The notes beneath the pieces were generated by a model. That model saw nothing but the letters and a program-made list of their open reading frames with translations. It searched no databases and was not told the origin of the DNA. From Campylobacterota bacterium (GTDB lineage: Bacteria; Campylobacterota; Campylobacteria; Campylobacterales; Sulfurimonadaceae), in contig JAYEKO010000089.1 in assembly GCA_034661055.1 (NCBI GenBank), forward strand, positions 1 to 28,517: DNA of 28,517 nt. The letters run 5' to 3'. A program made the translations under genes and the position numbers. Positions 8,872 through 18,061 of the stretch are shown here, in pieces; position 1 is the stretch's first letter, and every line of letters starts with the position of its first letter.

Positions 8872-10074
8872 TTAGTGCTCGTCTGCGTCGAGATTGAAGA
8901 ATTTTGTTCCTGCATAGTACATTGCAAGACATAGACCTACTCCACCTAAAGAGATAAATACCTCAGTAGTAGATGGCATATATTCAATCCACTCTGGAGC
9001 TAGTTGATATTCAGTTTTCTTTAGCATTTGAAGAGGCTTTAGTTGGGTGTCATGCACTAGATTATAACGCATAAACATAATTCCAACCATACCACTCATT
9101 GAAGCCCAAAACATTCCCGTAAGATTACGCCCACCGCTTTGTAGAATAAGCACAAGTGGAATTACCATAGCAAGAATTACTTCTGCCCAGAATGTCCAGC
9201 TTCCTAAAATATGTACTGCAACTTCAGCACGATTTGGCATACCGCCATAGATATCTGTTAACATCTTCCATGTTACAAAGAAGATTAAAATAGATAGAAG
9301 TAGCCCTTGAATTTTTGCTAAACCAGTAAGTAGTTTTGAAGCTTCTTCACCAAATTTGAGTTTATATCTAAAACCGTACATAATAAATGCTAGGAAAATT
9401 CCCGTTATAAATGCCGTTAAAATGAAGTATGTTGGGTAAAACACACCGTTTGAAATAGGGCGTGCATTTAAAAATCCAAAAACACTACCTAGATTTGAGT
9501 GGGCTGCAAGACCTACAAGAAGACCTGTAAGACCAAAGTATTTCGCCATTTTCATATCATTTTTAAGTAAGAAAACAAACTCAATAATCATAAATGTTAA
9601 GTAGACACCATAAAGTGTTCCCATCCACCAGATTGCTGAGGTAAGACCCGGACTTAAAATATTGTATATAAGCATAGTAACTGGGTGACCAATCTCAAAA
9701 GCGATAACAGCAAAACCAGCTAAAATAGTGACAATTGAGCCAAAAATAGCACGCTTAGAGATCATCATGTAGTCTTTAAAGCCAAAGACATCACCTAAAG
9801 ATCCAACAATACACAGACCCGTACTCGATACAACAAAAAAGATGTATACAGCAATTAGAAGTCCCCATGGATGTTCACGTGTTACACCGTAAGCGTGGTG
9901 ACCATGAGAAAGAAAGGTTGCAACACCAATAACAAACATAGCAATAAAAGAGACAACTAAAACTGCTATGAGCATATTTACCGGAGTCTTCTCAAAAGCT
10001 AAAAGCTCTTTGATTGAGACTTTATTATAAGGAATCGTTGATACGAATTCTTTTATATCTTTAATATTCATCAT
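8872..10074 (-). CDS. psrC: NrfD/PsrC-family membrane anchor and quinol-interacting subunit (~400 aa)
   Basis: PWGLLIAVYIFF, EIGHP, TSAIWW motifs; about ten hydrophobic segments; AAGGAGG SD before ATGATG (start 10074 or 10071). Confidence 0.88.
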   Translation of the reverse strand: MMNIKDIKEFVSTIPYNKVSIKELLAFEKTPVNMLIAVLVVSFIAMFVIGVATFLSHGHHAYGVTREHPWGLLIAVYIFFVVSSTGLCIVGSLGDVFGFKDYMMISKRAIFGSIVTILAGFAVIAFEIGHPVTMLIYNILSPGLTSAIWWMGTLYGVYLTFMIIEFVFLLKNDMKMAKYFGLTGLLVGLAAHSNLGSVFGFLNARPISNGVFYPTYFILTAFITGIFLAFIMYGFRYKLKFGEEASKLLTGLAKIQGLLLSILIFFVTWKMLTDIYGGMPNRAEVAVHILGSWTFWAEVILAMVIPLVLILQSGGRNLTGMFWASMSGMVGIMFMRYNLVHDTQLKPLQMLKKTEYQLAPEWIEYMPSTTEVFISLGGVGLCLAMYYAGTKFFNLDADEH

Positions 10075-10081
10075 GCCCTCC

Positions 10082-10645
10082 TTACAGTAGATAGAAAAGT
10101 TTTGGATTGGTACCAAGATGTGTTTTAAGCGTTTTATGCTCACGAACTCTAAGTACTTCAGAAATCTCACTGTTTGGATCATCCAAGTCACCAAACAGTC
10201 TTACCTTAGTTGGACATGTGTTTTGACATGCTGTTGTAGTCTCACCACGTGCAATACGTGTCTCAGCACAGAAGTTACATTTATCAACCGTCATTCCACG
10301 ATCTTCGACGTAACGTGCATCATAAGGACATGCATTCATGCAGTAGCTACATAAAATACATTTATCTACATCAACACGCACGACACTATTTTCATCGTAG
10401 TAGGTAGCCTGAGTCGGACATACCTCTTGACACGGTGCATCATCACAATGTTGACATTGGCTAGGGTAAAATGTATTTGATGCGATATTTAATAGAGGAT
10501 ATTGCCCCTCAATCTCACCAGTTCCTACCCAGATTCTGTGCTTATCGGCGCCCATGAGAATACCATTCTCCTCTTTACAGGCGACTTCACACGCTTTACA
10601 GTTAATACAGTTTTTATAATCGAGTGCCATTCCATATCTAGCCAT
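10082..10645 (-). CDS. psrB: Four-cluster Fe-S subunit of polysulfide/thiosulfate reductase
   Basis: CINCKACEVAC, CQHCDDAPCQEVCP, CILCSYCMNACP, CNFC...CQNTCP. Confidence 0.92.
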   Translation of the reverse strand: MARYGMALDYKNCINCKACEVACKEENGILMGADKHRIWVGTGEIEGQYPLLNIASNTFYPSQCQHCDDAPCQEVCPTQATYYDENSVVRVDVDKCILCSYCMNACPYDARYVEDRGMTVDKCNFCAETRIARGETTTACQNTCPTKVRLFGDLDDPNSEISEVLRVREHKTLKTHLGTNPKLFYLL

Positions 10646-10647
10646 AA

Positions 10648-13041
10648 TTACACCTTCTTAATTTCTACATTAGTTTCGTGCATTGCAGAAGCACCATAAA
10701 CCGGCTCTACAACATCTTCAATAACAGCATTGTCATTACCACCGTTTTTATATGCCCATGTTAACTCTTTGCTCTCTTCACCAAATCCATGAACAAAGAA
10801 GAGTGTATCTGGAGCAATTTTTTCTGTTGGATAGGCTTTAATGGTAACCGCTCCAGCAGAACTAGAAACCTCAATGGTATCACCAAAGGCAATGTCTTTC
10901 TCTACTGCAACACGTTTATTAATCCAGAGATAGTTTTCCATCATCAGATCTCTTAGTGCCGAGTTATTGGCAGTACCACTCTGAGTAAACTGAGCGTGAC
11001 GTCCTGTTAGCATTCTAAATTTTCCTTCAGGAATGACATATTCATACTCATCTTTCCATACCGGCATCGGGTCAACCCCTTTGCTCGCAAGGTTTGGAAG
11101 ATTACACTCAACTTTGCCTGATCTTGTTTTAGGTTTTCCACCATTAACACTATAGTATTTTTTCTTTTCAGGATAGTACTGATGTTCATTAGCAGAAAGC
11201 TGCTTGAAGTACGTGTCCATATTTGGATAATAAACACCTTTTTCCTTAAGTATTTCCGCTGCACCATGATAGTCATGAACGGCGTGTTCATTCATCATCT
11301 CTTGAGACTCTTGAAATGGTTTGTTAACATCAAATTCAGCAAATACTTCCTCTTCACTGCTGTCTTCAATCTCTACTTGAACCTCTTCGTCATATTTTTT
11401 TGTAATCTCAAACATCGGTTTAGAGAGTTTTCGAGAGAGACTACGCATAATATCAACAACCGGTTTGGAATCATACATTGGGTCAATAACTTTATTTCTT
11501 TGAGCAATGGCAGGTTCAACACCACCAAAAGTCTTAACCGGATCTGTTCTTTCTAAGTAAGTACACTCTGGTAGAACAACATCAGCGTACATTACCGTGT
11601 CACTTGGCATGGTGTCAATTGCAACAACAAGCTCCATCTTTTTAAGCATCTCTACAGTTTTTTGGCGATTTGGCATATTCATAATAGGGTTGTGCTTATA
11701 GATATACATACCACGAACATTATACGGCATTTTGTCCTCTAGGAAACGGTTACGCCATCCAATCCAAGATCCACCACCAGAGACAATAGCACAGTCATCA
11801 TAACCAGCTTCTCCACGTTTTTGACCTTTTTTCTTCTCTATAGCACGACCTAGTGCACGGTCATAAAGAGGTACAAGGCCCTCATGATGTTTTAGTTTTA
11901 ATTTTTTCCCAAAAACCAGACCACCTTTAGTGTCAATTCCACCACCTAGACCTTGGAAAATTGCCATAGCACGACGTAATTGGAAGTCATTTTTAGAGAA
12001 AGTACTTCGACGTCCTGGATAGTAAACAGACTTTGGTGCATGAGCCATAAACTCTCTAGCAATATCTTCAATATCTTTAGCAGGAATGCCTGTAATTCGT
12101 TCAGCCCATTCTGGCGTATAGTTATTTCCTAATACGCTCTCTTTGTATTCATCAAATCCATTGAAGTTGTTTTCAACATACGTTTTATCATAAATGTCCT
12201 CACTAATGACAACATGAGTCAATGCCAATACTAAGGCAAGGTCAGTTCCCGGCTTAATCGGTAGCCATTTATCTGCTTTTGCTGCAGTGTTAGTGAAGCG
12301 TGGATCTATGCAGACCATTTTTGCACCACGACCTTTGGTACGTTTGAAAACATCCATAGTGTCTGGTGTTACAATTGCCTCTGCGCGGTTCGCTCCAGCC
12401 ATAATAATGTATTCGGCATTTTCTAAATCTGATTGTGGATAGGCACCTAAAGTAACACCATATCCTGAAACAACAGTCTGTAGACATAGTGAAGCGTGGT
12501 TAAGCCAGTTAGCAGAACCAAAAGCACTATAGAATGTCTTAAAGGTATGTTCCGCCATACCTTCACCAGCACAAAATAGAAATGATGAGCGGTTATCTTC
12601 TTCTTCATCAAGAATTTTGAGTGTCTTTTCCATAATGTACTCATAGGCTTCATCCCAGGTGACACGTTGAAATTTACCCTCTCCCTTTTCACCAATGCGA
12701 ATCATTGGGTACTTCAGTCTGTCTGGGTCATAAAGTGCTTGAATTCCAGCGTTTCCACGTGGACAAAGCATGTTTTTTGACTTTGGAAACAGTGGATTTG
12801 GGTCGAGCTTGGTTACTACCCCATCCTCAACACGTGCAATAGCTGCACATTTGTTAACACACATTTCACAAAGTGTTGGCACTTCCTTAAAGTCACCTGT
12901 ACCTGTTTTAGTAGTAAATTCAGGTTTACCTTTTTTCTCTTGACTAGAGAAAAGGCTAGGAACGGCGACTGTGCTTCCGCCTAAGACAGTTAATGCAACA
13001 CTGCCTTGAAGAAATTTACGTCTTGAAACTTCAACATTCAT
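10648..13041 (-). CDS. psrA: Molybdopterin catalytic subunit, PsrA/PhsA family, Tat-exported
   Basis: SRRKFLQ Tat motif; CEMCVNKC...LCPRG [4Fe-4S]; HASLC putative Mo-Cys ligand; ADVVLPECTYLER; AAGGA SD before ATG 13041. Substrate (polysulfide vs thiosulfate) not resolvable from sequence. Confidence 0.88.
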   Translation of the reverse strand: MNVEVSRRKFLQGSVALTVLGGSTVAVPSLFSSQEKKGKPEFTTKTGTGDFKEVPTLCEMCVNKCAAIARVEDGVVTKLDPNPLFPKSKNMLCPRGNAGIQALYDPDRLKYPMIRIGEKGEGKFQRVTWDEAYEYIMEKTLKILDEEEDNRSSFLFCAGEGMAEHTFKTFYSAFGSANWLNHASLCLQTVVSGYGVTLGAYPQSDLENAEYIIMAGANRAEAIVTPDTMDVFKRTKGRGAKMVCIDPRFTNTAAKADKWLPIKPGTDLALVLALTHVVISEDIYDKTYVENNFNGFDEYKESVLGNNYTPEWAERITGIPAKDIEDIAREFMAHAPKSVYYPGRRSTFSKNDFQLRRAMAIFQGLGGGIDTKGGLVFGKKLKLKHHEGLVPLYDRALGRAIEKKKGQKRGEAGYDDCAIVSGGGSWIGWRNRFLEDKMPYNVRGMYIYKHNPIMNMPNRQKTVEMLKKMELVVAIDTMPSDTVMYADVVLPECTYLERTDPVKTFGGVEPAIAQRNKVIDPMYDSKPVVDIMRSLSRKLSKPMFEITKKYDEEVQVEIEDSSEEEVFAEFDVNKPFQESQEMMNEHAVHDYHGAAEILKEKGVYYPNMDTYFKQLSANEHQYYPEKKKYYSVNGGKPKTRSGKVECNLPNLASKGVDPMPVWKDEYEYVIPEGKFRMLTGRHAQFTQSGTANNSALRDLMMENYLWINKRVAVEKDIAFGDTIEVSSSAGAVTIKAYPTEKIAPDTLFFVHGFGEESKELTWAYKNGGNDNAVIEDVVEPVYGASAMHETNVEIKKV

Positions 13042-13121
13042 AGATTTTCCTTTCAACATTAATAATTTCTTAATAAAATAATTAAGACAAAAATAGTCCT
13101 ATTTATATAAGTAATTAGTTC

Positions 13122-13127
13122 ATTATA
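13122..13127 (-). promoter_or_regulatory. Candidate -10 box for psrABC
   Basis: TATAAT on minus strand 80 nt upstream of the psrA ATG, in AT-rich DNA (chance match possible). Confidence 0.4.
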
Positions 13128-13177
13128 CATACTATTTCTTATAAATAAAATAAAGTTTACTAATTTAAGTGAAAGTA

Positions 13178-13201
13178 ATCTATTTCTGAGAAGAAATAGA
13201 T
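13178..13201 (-). terminator. Hairpin after cytochrome b/DHC gene
   Basis: ATCTATTTCT-gaga-AGAAATAGAT perfect 10-bp stem, 13 nt after the stop, followed by TACTTTC on minus strand; AT-rich, weak. Confidence 0.55.
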
Positions 13202-13214
13202 ATGTAGTTTAGTT

Positions 13215-14345
13215 TTATTCTGGAATTTTAATATTAATGTCGTCTAAATTGCCATATTCAAAATCTTTATGGCATGCGGCACAATTGGAGCGGTCTTTTA
13301 TTGATTTTCGTTTGTAAACTGAGGGGTCAATATCAGCATGAGTATCTCTCCAATACATCACTTTTGAAGTAGATTTTGGATTACGATCACCAATAGATTG
13401 CATCATCTTGACAGAGACTTCACGGGTTGATTTTTCTGCACTATTGTCATATAAAAACCTCCTAATGGAGATGCGAGCAGCTTTTGAGATATTTTGATCC
13501 GTAATTTTTTCATTGAAATGGTCATCAAGATTATCCATAATACGCTTCCATGACTTCTCTGGAAGAATAAAAGGAGGATAGGTCTTGTGACAGTCCCCAC
13601 AGTCGTGATGGTAGGCTGAGTGCTCTTGCTCATAATCTATTAAAGGATATTTGCTTCTAGAGAAGAAATTATCGTAAGTGCTAACAATGTAATAAAAAGC
13701 CATGACGGAGAGAATAATAAATGCATAGGATGCAAAGAGACCAAATGGCGTTACTTTAGTATCTTCCCCCTCACTCTTTTTGTAACCGGTAATCATTGCA
13801 AAAATCATACTTGTCTTATGATAGAACTGCTCTACCAAGACACCCGAAATATGGATTACTGCCCAAGCTGCCAAAAAATAGGATGCATACATGTGAACCT
13901 GATATAGCTCATTCATATACATGTAAAAATCACTGTTTAAAAAAGCGAAGATGCCTTTTGCTTCCTGAATACCGTAGAGTAAAAGTCCGGAGGTAGTTAT
14001 AACAGAACCTACTGTAAGTACAAGAATAGTAAACCAACTTGATGCAGGATTGTGACCGGGAGGAATTTTACGCCATCTATCAATGATTTTTTCTTTAAAA
14101 TACCACACCAGTTCTGAAAATGATAGCTTGAAGGTATTGAATGTGGCATACTGAGGGCCAATAAATCCCCAAAGAATTCTATAGCCCAGCATGACACCAA
14201 AAATCCAACCCAGTGCTACATGATAATGAAGATACTCTTCATAAAAAGAGGTAATAAAAGAGGTAATAAAAGAACTTGCAATAATCCAGTGGATAATACG
14301 CGTGGAGATTGGCCAGACAAATACGTGTCCCTCTTTTTTATTCAC
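13215..14345 (-). CDS. Cytochrome b (b561/Ni-hydrogenase CytB-like) fused to diheme cytochrome c (DHC)
   Basis: GTG start; VWPISTRIIHW, YRILWGFIG, GHNPA, IHISGV, MITGYK CytB motifs; C-terminal CGDCH...YPPFILP..SW..IM..L..HF and SNCAACH. Confidence 0.9.
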   Translation of the reverse strand: MNKKEGHVFVWPISTRIIHWIIASSFITSFITSFYEEYLHYHVALGWIFGVMLGYRILWGFIGPQYATFNTFKLSFSELVWYFKEKIIDRWRKIPPGHNPASSWFTILVLTVGSVITTSGLLLYGIQEAKGIFAFLNSDFYMYMNELYQVHMYASYFLAAWAVIHISGVLVEQFYHKTSMIFAMITGYKKSEGEDTKVTPFGLFASYAFIILSVMAFYYIVSTYDNFFSRSKYPLIDYEQEHSAYHHDCGDCHKTYPPFILPEKSWKRIMDNLDDHFNEKITDQNISKAARISIRRFLYDNSAEKSTREVSVKMMQSIGDRNPKSTSKVMYWRDTHADIDPSVYKRKSIKDRSNCAACHKDFEYGNLDDINIKIPE

Positions 14346-14459
14346 AAAAACTCCATAAAAATTATAATAAGATTTGTAAGATTATCATCTATTGAGTAAG
14401 AGTAATGTTAAATATAAAAAAGTATTAAATTTTAAATAAGAAAAGTAGTTTCTTGAGGT

Positions 14460-14485
14460 AACAGCCTCTTTAAAAGAGGGCTGTT
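14460..14485 (-). terminator. Hairpin after cytochrome c gene
   Basis: AACAGCCTCTTT-a-AAAGAGGGCTGTT with one bulge, 6 nt after the stop; poor U-tract. Confidence 0.55.
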
Positions 14486-14491
14486 GTAGTG

Positions 14492-14893
14492 CTATTTGTT
14501 AATATTGAAGTTATTATAGATGTATGTAGCCATCTTGTCGGTATCGTAATCCATACCTTTTTTCTTAATAGCCTTATAGTTATGTTCCATAACTTCATGA
14601 TCAGTACCAGAAGATTGGTTTAGACCACCACTTTTAATATCAGTAATTGAGAGCTTAAGTTCATAAATCTCTTGATCATTAACCGCAGGCCCTTTAGGCT
14701 TACCATTTTTAGCAAGCTCTTTAACACCTTCACCCTGTTTACCGTGACATTTTACACACATATCAGTATAAACCTGCTCAGTAGAGTATTTATATGTTGT
14801 AGGAGCTTCTGTTGCTGCTTTTTTACCTTCACATCCAGTAAATACAAATAGTACTGATGCTGCTAATGCCATTAAACTAAGTTGTTTCTTCAT
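14492..14893 (-). CDS. Monoheme c-type cytochrome lipoprotein
   Basis: Lipobox FTG|C; CVKCHGKQGEG; Met/His candidates for distal ligand in DHEVMEH. Confidence 0.85.
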   Translation of the reverse strand: MKKQLSLMALAASVLFVFTGCEGKKAATEAPTTYKYSTEQVYTDMCVKCHGKQGEGVKELAKNGKPKGPAVNDQEIYELKLSITDIKSGGLNQSSGTDHEVMEHNYKAIKKKGMDYDTDKMATYIYNNFNINK

Positions 14894-14922
14894 TAATTAT
14901 TCCTTCTCTTTTTTTTTAATAC

Positions 14923-16392
14923 TTACGCTCTACCTGATAACATTCCGTAGATTGTCATCGGCTTAAGTGCGTAAACTTTAAGTAACCACCAAATCCAACG
15001 CTCTTGAGTTGGGTCTAATGGGAATGATGGAGTTGGTTTTTTAGTCCAGTTAAACTCAGCTAGCATTACCGTACCGATACTTGTAATTAGTGGACATACA
15101 GTATATCCGGCATATGCACCTGGAAGGCTCCCTTTTTTCTCCATAGTTGCAATTAGATTATCAACTACAACTTTGTATTGCTTACGCGCACTACCACCAG
15201 TTTTACCCATTGGAACTGCTGCAACATCACCAAGACAGAATACATTGTCAAATTTAACGTGTTTTAGTGTCACTTTATCAACTGGAATCCAGCTTTTTCT
15301 AGAACCTAGTTTTGAACTACCAATGTTGTCTGGTGCTTTCATTGGAGGTGTAATATGGATAAAGTCATATTTCTTCTCAATGTTTTTAGACATTGGAAGC
15401 ATTTCGTACTCTTCAATATCCTCATCCCACTCACCTTTTTCTAGCCAGTGATTTTGGAATGTTGCTACTTTAGCGGCTGTATCTACAGCAACTAGGTTAG
15501 TTTTGTATTCCCATTTAAAGCCACGAGTTTTAAACTGCTCGACAATTGCTTCATGATACTCTTTTACACCAAACATTTTACCACCATTTGGCAAGAATGT
15601 CATCTCAATTTTATCACGAACACCAGCTTCTACAAAACGTGCGTGTGCAAGATACATAATTTTCTTTGGTGCACCACCACACTTAATCGGAGTATTTGGG
15701 TGAGTAAAGAGTGCTTGTAGCTTCTCAGAACCTGTGTGAGCTTTTGCTTGAGCGATTAACTCTTGGATACCTTTGTAAGTATCTGCTGCACCATCTTGGA
15801 AGTAAATAGAGTGAACTCCATTTTTACCAACTTTATTACGAACCTCTGCATTATCCGCACCTGATGATGTAATAACGCCATCTAAACCGCTAATAGCACC
15901 GTAGTTTAGTACTAAACCTGTTGCAATTATTAGATAGTCATAGTTAATTGTTTGACCACCAGCAGTAGTAAGACTATTGTTGTCAGGATCAAAAGTAACT
16001 GCAGTATCTTTTACTAGTGTTACGCCACCTGGTAAAAAATCATCACGATTAAAAATAACGTCACCTGGCTCCCAAACACCAGCCCCAACTAGTGTTTGAC
16101 CTGGCTGATACGATACTGATTTCGGATCTGGTTCAATAACTGTAATATCTGGGTTTGAAAGAGAGTTTGTTAATCTTGCAGCAGTTGACATACCTGCAAG
16201 CCCCCCACCAACAATTACAATCTTTCCTTTTGCATCAGACGCAATTGCATCTGTGCTTGTTCCTGCTCCAGCCAATACGCCAGCTGCAATTGGAGATGCT
16301 GCCATAAACTTCATAGCGTCACGGCGAGACATCTTCCCTTCTTGTTTTTCAATTTCTGAAAGAACTTCGTCAAGTAGTTCATTTTTTTTCAT
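14923..16392 (-). CDS. sqr: Sulfide:quinone oxidoreductase (type II/SqrB-like) with Tat signal
   Basis: SRRDAMKF...AIA|S Tat peptide; IVIVGGGLAG FAD motif; YQPGQTLVG; PIKCGGAPKK and YTVCPL catalytic Cys pair; MLAEF; FPLDPTQERWIWWLLK. Confidence 0.87.
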   Translation of the reverse strand: MKKNELLDEVLSEIEKQEGKMSRRDAMKFMAASPIAAGVLAGAGTSTDAIASDAKGKIVIVGGGLAGMSTAARLTNSLSNPDITVIEPDPKSVSYQPGQTLVGAGVWEPGDVIFNRDDFLPGGVTLVKDTAVTFDPDNNSLTTAGGQTINYDYLIIATGLVLNYGAISGLDGVITSSGADNAEVRNKVGKNGVHSIYFQDGAADTYKGIQELIAQAKAHTGSEKLQALFTHPNTPIKCGGAPKKIMYLAHARFVEAGVRDKIEMTFLPNGGKMFGVKEYHEAIVEQFKTRGFKWEYKTNLVAVDTAAKVATFQNHWLEKGEWDEDIEEYEMLPMSKNIEKKYDFIHITPPMKAPDNIGSSKLGSRKSWIPVDKVTLKHVKFDNVFCLGDVAAVPMGKTGGSARKQYKVVVDNLIATMEKKGSLPGAYAGYTVCPLITSIGTVMLAEFNWTKKPTPSFPLDPTQERWIWWLLKVYALKPMTIYGMLSGRA

Positions 16393-16419
16393 TTGCCCAT
16401 CCTTGCTTGATAATTGCCC

Positions 16420-16460
16420 ATTCTACTTATTGTAATCTGAAAGTAACCTTGTGTTGGTTA
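16420..16460 (-). promoter_or_regulatory. sqr promoter region: -10 TAGAAT, GRTTAC direct repeat and short palindrome
   Basis: Minus strand TAGAAT at 16420-16425; GGTTAC-tttca-GATTAC at 16432-16448; TAACC-N7-GGTTA at 16444-16460. Confidence 0.5.
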
Positions 16461-16465
16461 AAAGA

Positions 16466-18061
16466 TTAGTAAATTCGTTCAATAATTAGTTGAAGTGATA
16501 CATTTTCTCTATATTCATTGCGGTTTATTGTATAAGAACAAGTTATTTTATTGTTAAGTGAAAATGATACCTTTTGGCGAAAGGCCAAAAGTTCATGAAA
16601 TACCAGCTCATCGGGTTTAAGATGGAGTGTCAATCGAGAGTGATCTTTCTCAGAACCAAAATATTTTATATTACGAATTTCTGCATTTTTAGTAATAAAT
16701 TTTGGACGATTATTACCTTCTCCATAAGGCTCAAATTCTTCTAAAATACTAAGCAGTTCAAAGTCAATATCATCACCAGCTAACTCCCCAATAATCTTTT
16801 CATTTTCTTGAAATAGGGATAGGTCAAGTTTAGAAGCAGTAGCATTTATGGCGGATGTAAATGCCTCAAGGTTCTCTACGCTTAAAGAGAGTCCTGCTGC
16901 CATCTTGTGACCACCAAATTTTTCCAAAAGATAATCATGCTCTTTAATTAATTCATAAATGTTAACATTTCCCACACTTCGAGCACTCCCTTTGGCAATT
17001 CCGTCTGATATGCTTAATGCAATGGTTGGTTTAGAATACTTTTGACAAAGTCGTGCGGCTACAATGCCTACAACCCCTTCATTCCATTCTTCTCCTGCAA
17101 CTACTAAGATAGTATTCTGCTCATTTACATGTAAAAGGGCCTCTTCACTAACATCTGCCTCAATGCTTTTGCGACGTATGTTGAGTTCATTTAACTGCTC
17201 AAAGTAGTGATAGGCATCTGATTCTGTAGGAGATGTTAAAAAGTTAAAAGCAATCATGGCATCCTCAAGACGTCCTGCTGAGTTGAGTCGAGGTGCGATT
17301 TGAAAACCTATGTCTTCTGAAGAGAGCTTCGATTTATTTAAAAAATTACGAATAATAGTAGAAGAGGGACGACTTGAGTGCAAAAACATTTTAAGTCCTG
17401 CTTGAACCATTACTCTGTTAATATTAATTAAAGGCATTACATCGGCAACAATAGCTAAACTTAAAAGATCTAAATATTGGCTCATATCAACATTTACATG
17501 TAATTTACGTTTAAGTAGTGCCAAAAAGAGCCATGCGACTTGAGCACCACATATCTCTTTAAAAGGATAGTTACACCCAGGAAGTTTAGGGTTTACAATA
17601 GCGTAGGCATCAGGTAGAACTTCTGAAGGGGTGTGATGATCGGTAATAATTAAATCAATTCCACGCTCTTTACATATTTCAGCAGCGGCAATAGCGTTTA
17701 TTCCGTTATCTACGGTGATGATTAGGTCGGCATCAATACGCTCTAGTACCGTAGGTGATATACCGTAGCCATCTCTAAAACGGTTAGGAATTGTAACACT
17801 TAGAGGATAGTCTATCTCTTTAAAAAAGAGTGCTGTAATAGCACTTGAAGTGACTCCATCAACATCATAATCACCTACAAGAGCAATTTTTTCATTTTTT
17901 GAAATCGCATCTACTATTCGTTCTGCTGCTCTATCACTATTTAAAAGCAGTGTGGGTTCTGGAATATCACTAAGTTTTTTAAATACTCCATCAAAACGCT
18001 TGTTTAGCAGTTCTTTTAGAGTAGTTTTGTCAATACTTGGGTAGCTATGTGTTTTTGACAT
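16466..18061 (-). CDS. recJ: Single-stranded DNA exonuclease RecJ
   Basis: [34 protein letters not shown] motifs; start placed at MSKTHS overlapping the pyrG end. Confidence 0.96.
   Translation of the reverse strand: MSKTHSYPSIDKTTLKELLNKRFDGVFKKLSDIPEPTLLLNSDRAAERIVDAISKNEKIALVGDYDVDGVTSSAITALFFKEIDYPLSVTIPNRFRDGYGISPTVLERIDADLIITVDNGINAIAAAEICKERGIDLIITDHHTPSEVLPDAYAIVNPKLPGCNYPFKEICGAQVAWLFLALLKRKLHVNVDMSQYLDLLSLAIVADVMPLININRVMVQAGLKMFLHSSRPSSTIIRNFLNKSKLSSEDIGFQIAPRLNSAGRLEDAMIAFNFLTSPTESDAYHYFEQLNELNIRRKSIEADVSEEALLHVNEQNTILVVAGEEWNEGVVGIVAARLCQKYSKPTIALSISDGIAKGSARSVGNVNIYELIKEHDYLLEKFGGHKMAAGLSLSVENLEAFTSAINATASKLDLSLFQENEKIIGELAGDDIDFELLSILEEFEPYGEGNNRPKFITKNAEIRNIKYFGSEKDHSRLTLHLKPDELVFHELLAFRQKVSFSLNNKITCSYTINRNEYRENVSLQLIIERIY

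Noticed and set aside
8834..8932. N-terminal extension of the lipoprotein ORF
   Set aside because: Overlaps psrC; the signal peptide and lipobox fit the ATG at 8833.
10075..10194. N-terminal extension of psrC (similar extensions for psrA, recJ, pyrG, znuC)
   Set aside because: Downstream ATGs have an SD or stop-start coupling and match family N-termini.
11182..11556. 124-aa antisense ORF in psrA and other short nested ORFs in the track
   Set aside because: Shadow or alternate-frame ORFs inside well-supported genes, with no motifs.
10648..13041. Possible selenocysteine or frameshift recoding in the Mo enzyme
   Set aside because: Continuous ORF with no in-frame TGA; putative Mo ligand is an ordinary Cys.
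14244..14273. 12-nt tandem repeat AAAAGAGGTAAT x2.5
   Set aside because: In frame (SFITSFITSF) within a TM helix; too short for a CRISPR or contingency locus.
14909..14917. T9 homopolymer between sqr and cytochrome c
   Set aside because: Intergenic and upstream of the SD; A/T runs are expected at this composition, and Campylobacterota phase variation is mostly at G/C tracts.
16393..16421. TTGCCCAT repeated at 21-bp spacing upstream of sqr
   Set aside because: Only 8 nt; one copy is the SD-ATG spacer; no independent support.
6207..16465. Sulfur cluster as a mobile genomic island
   Set aside because: No integrase, transposase, tRNA or flanking direct repeats seen; no obvious compositional break by eye.
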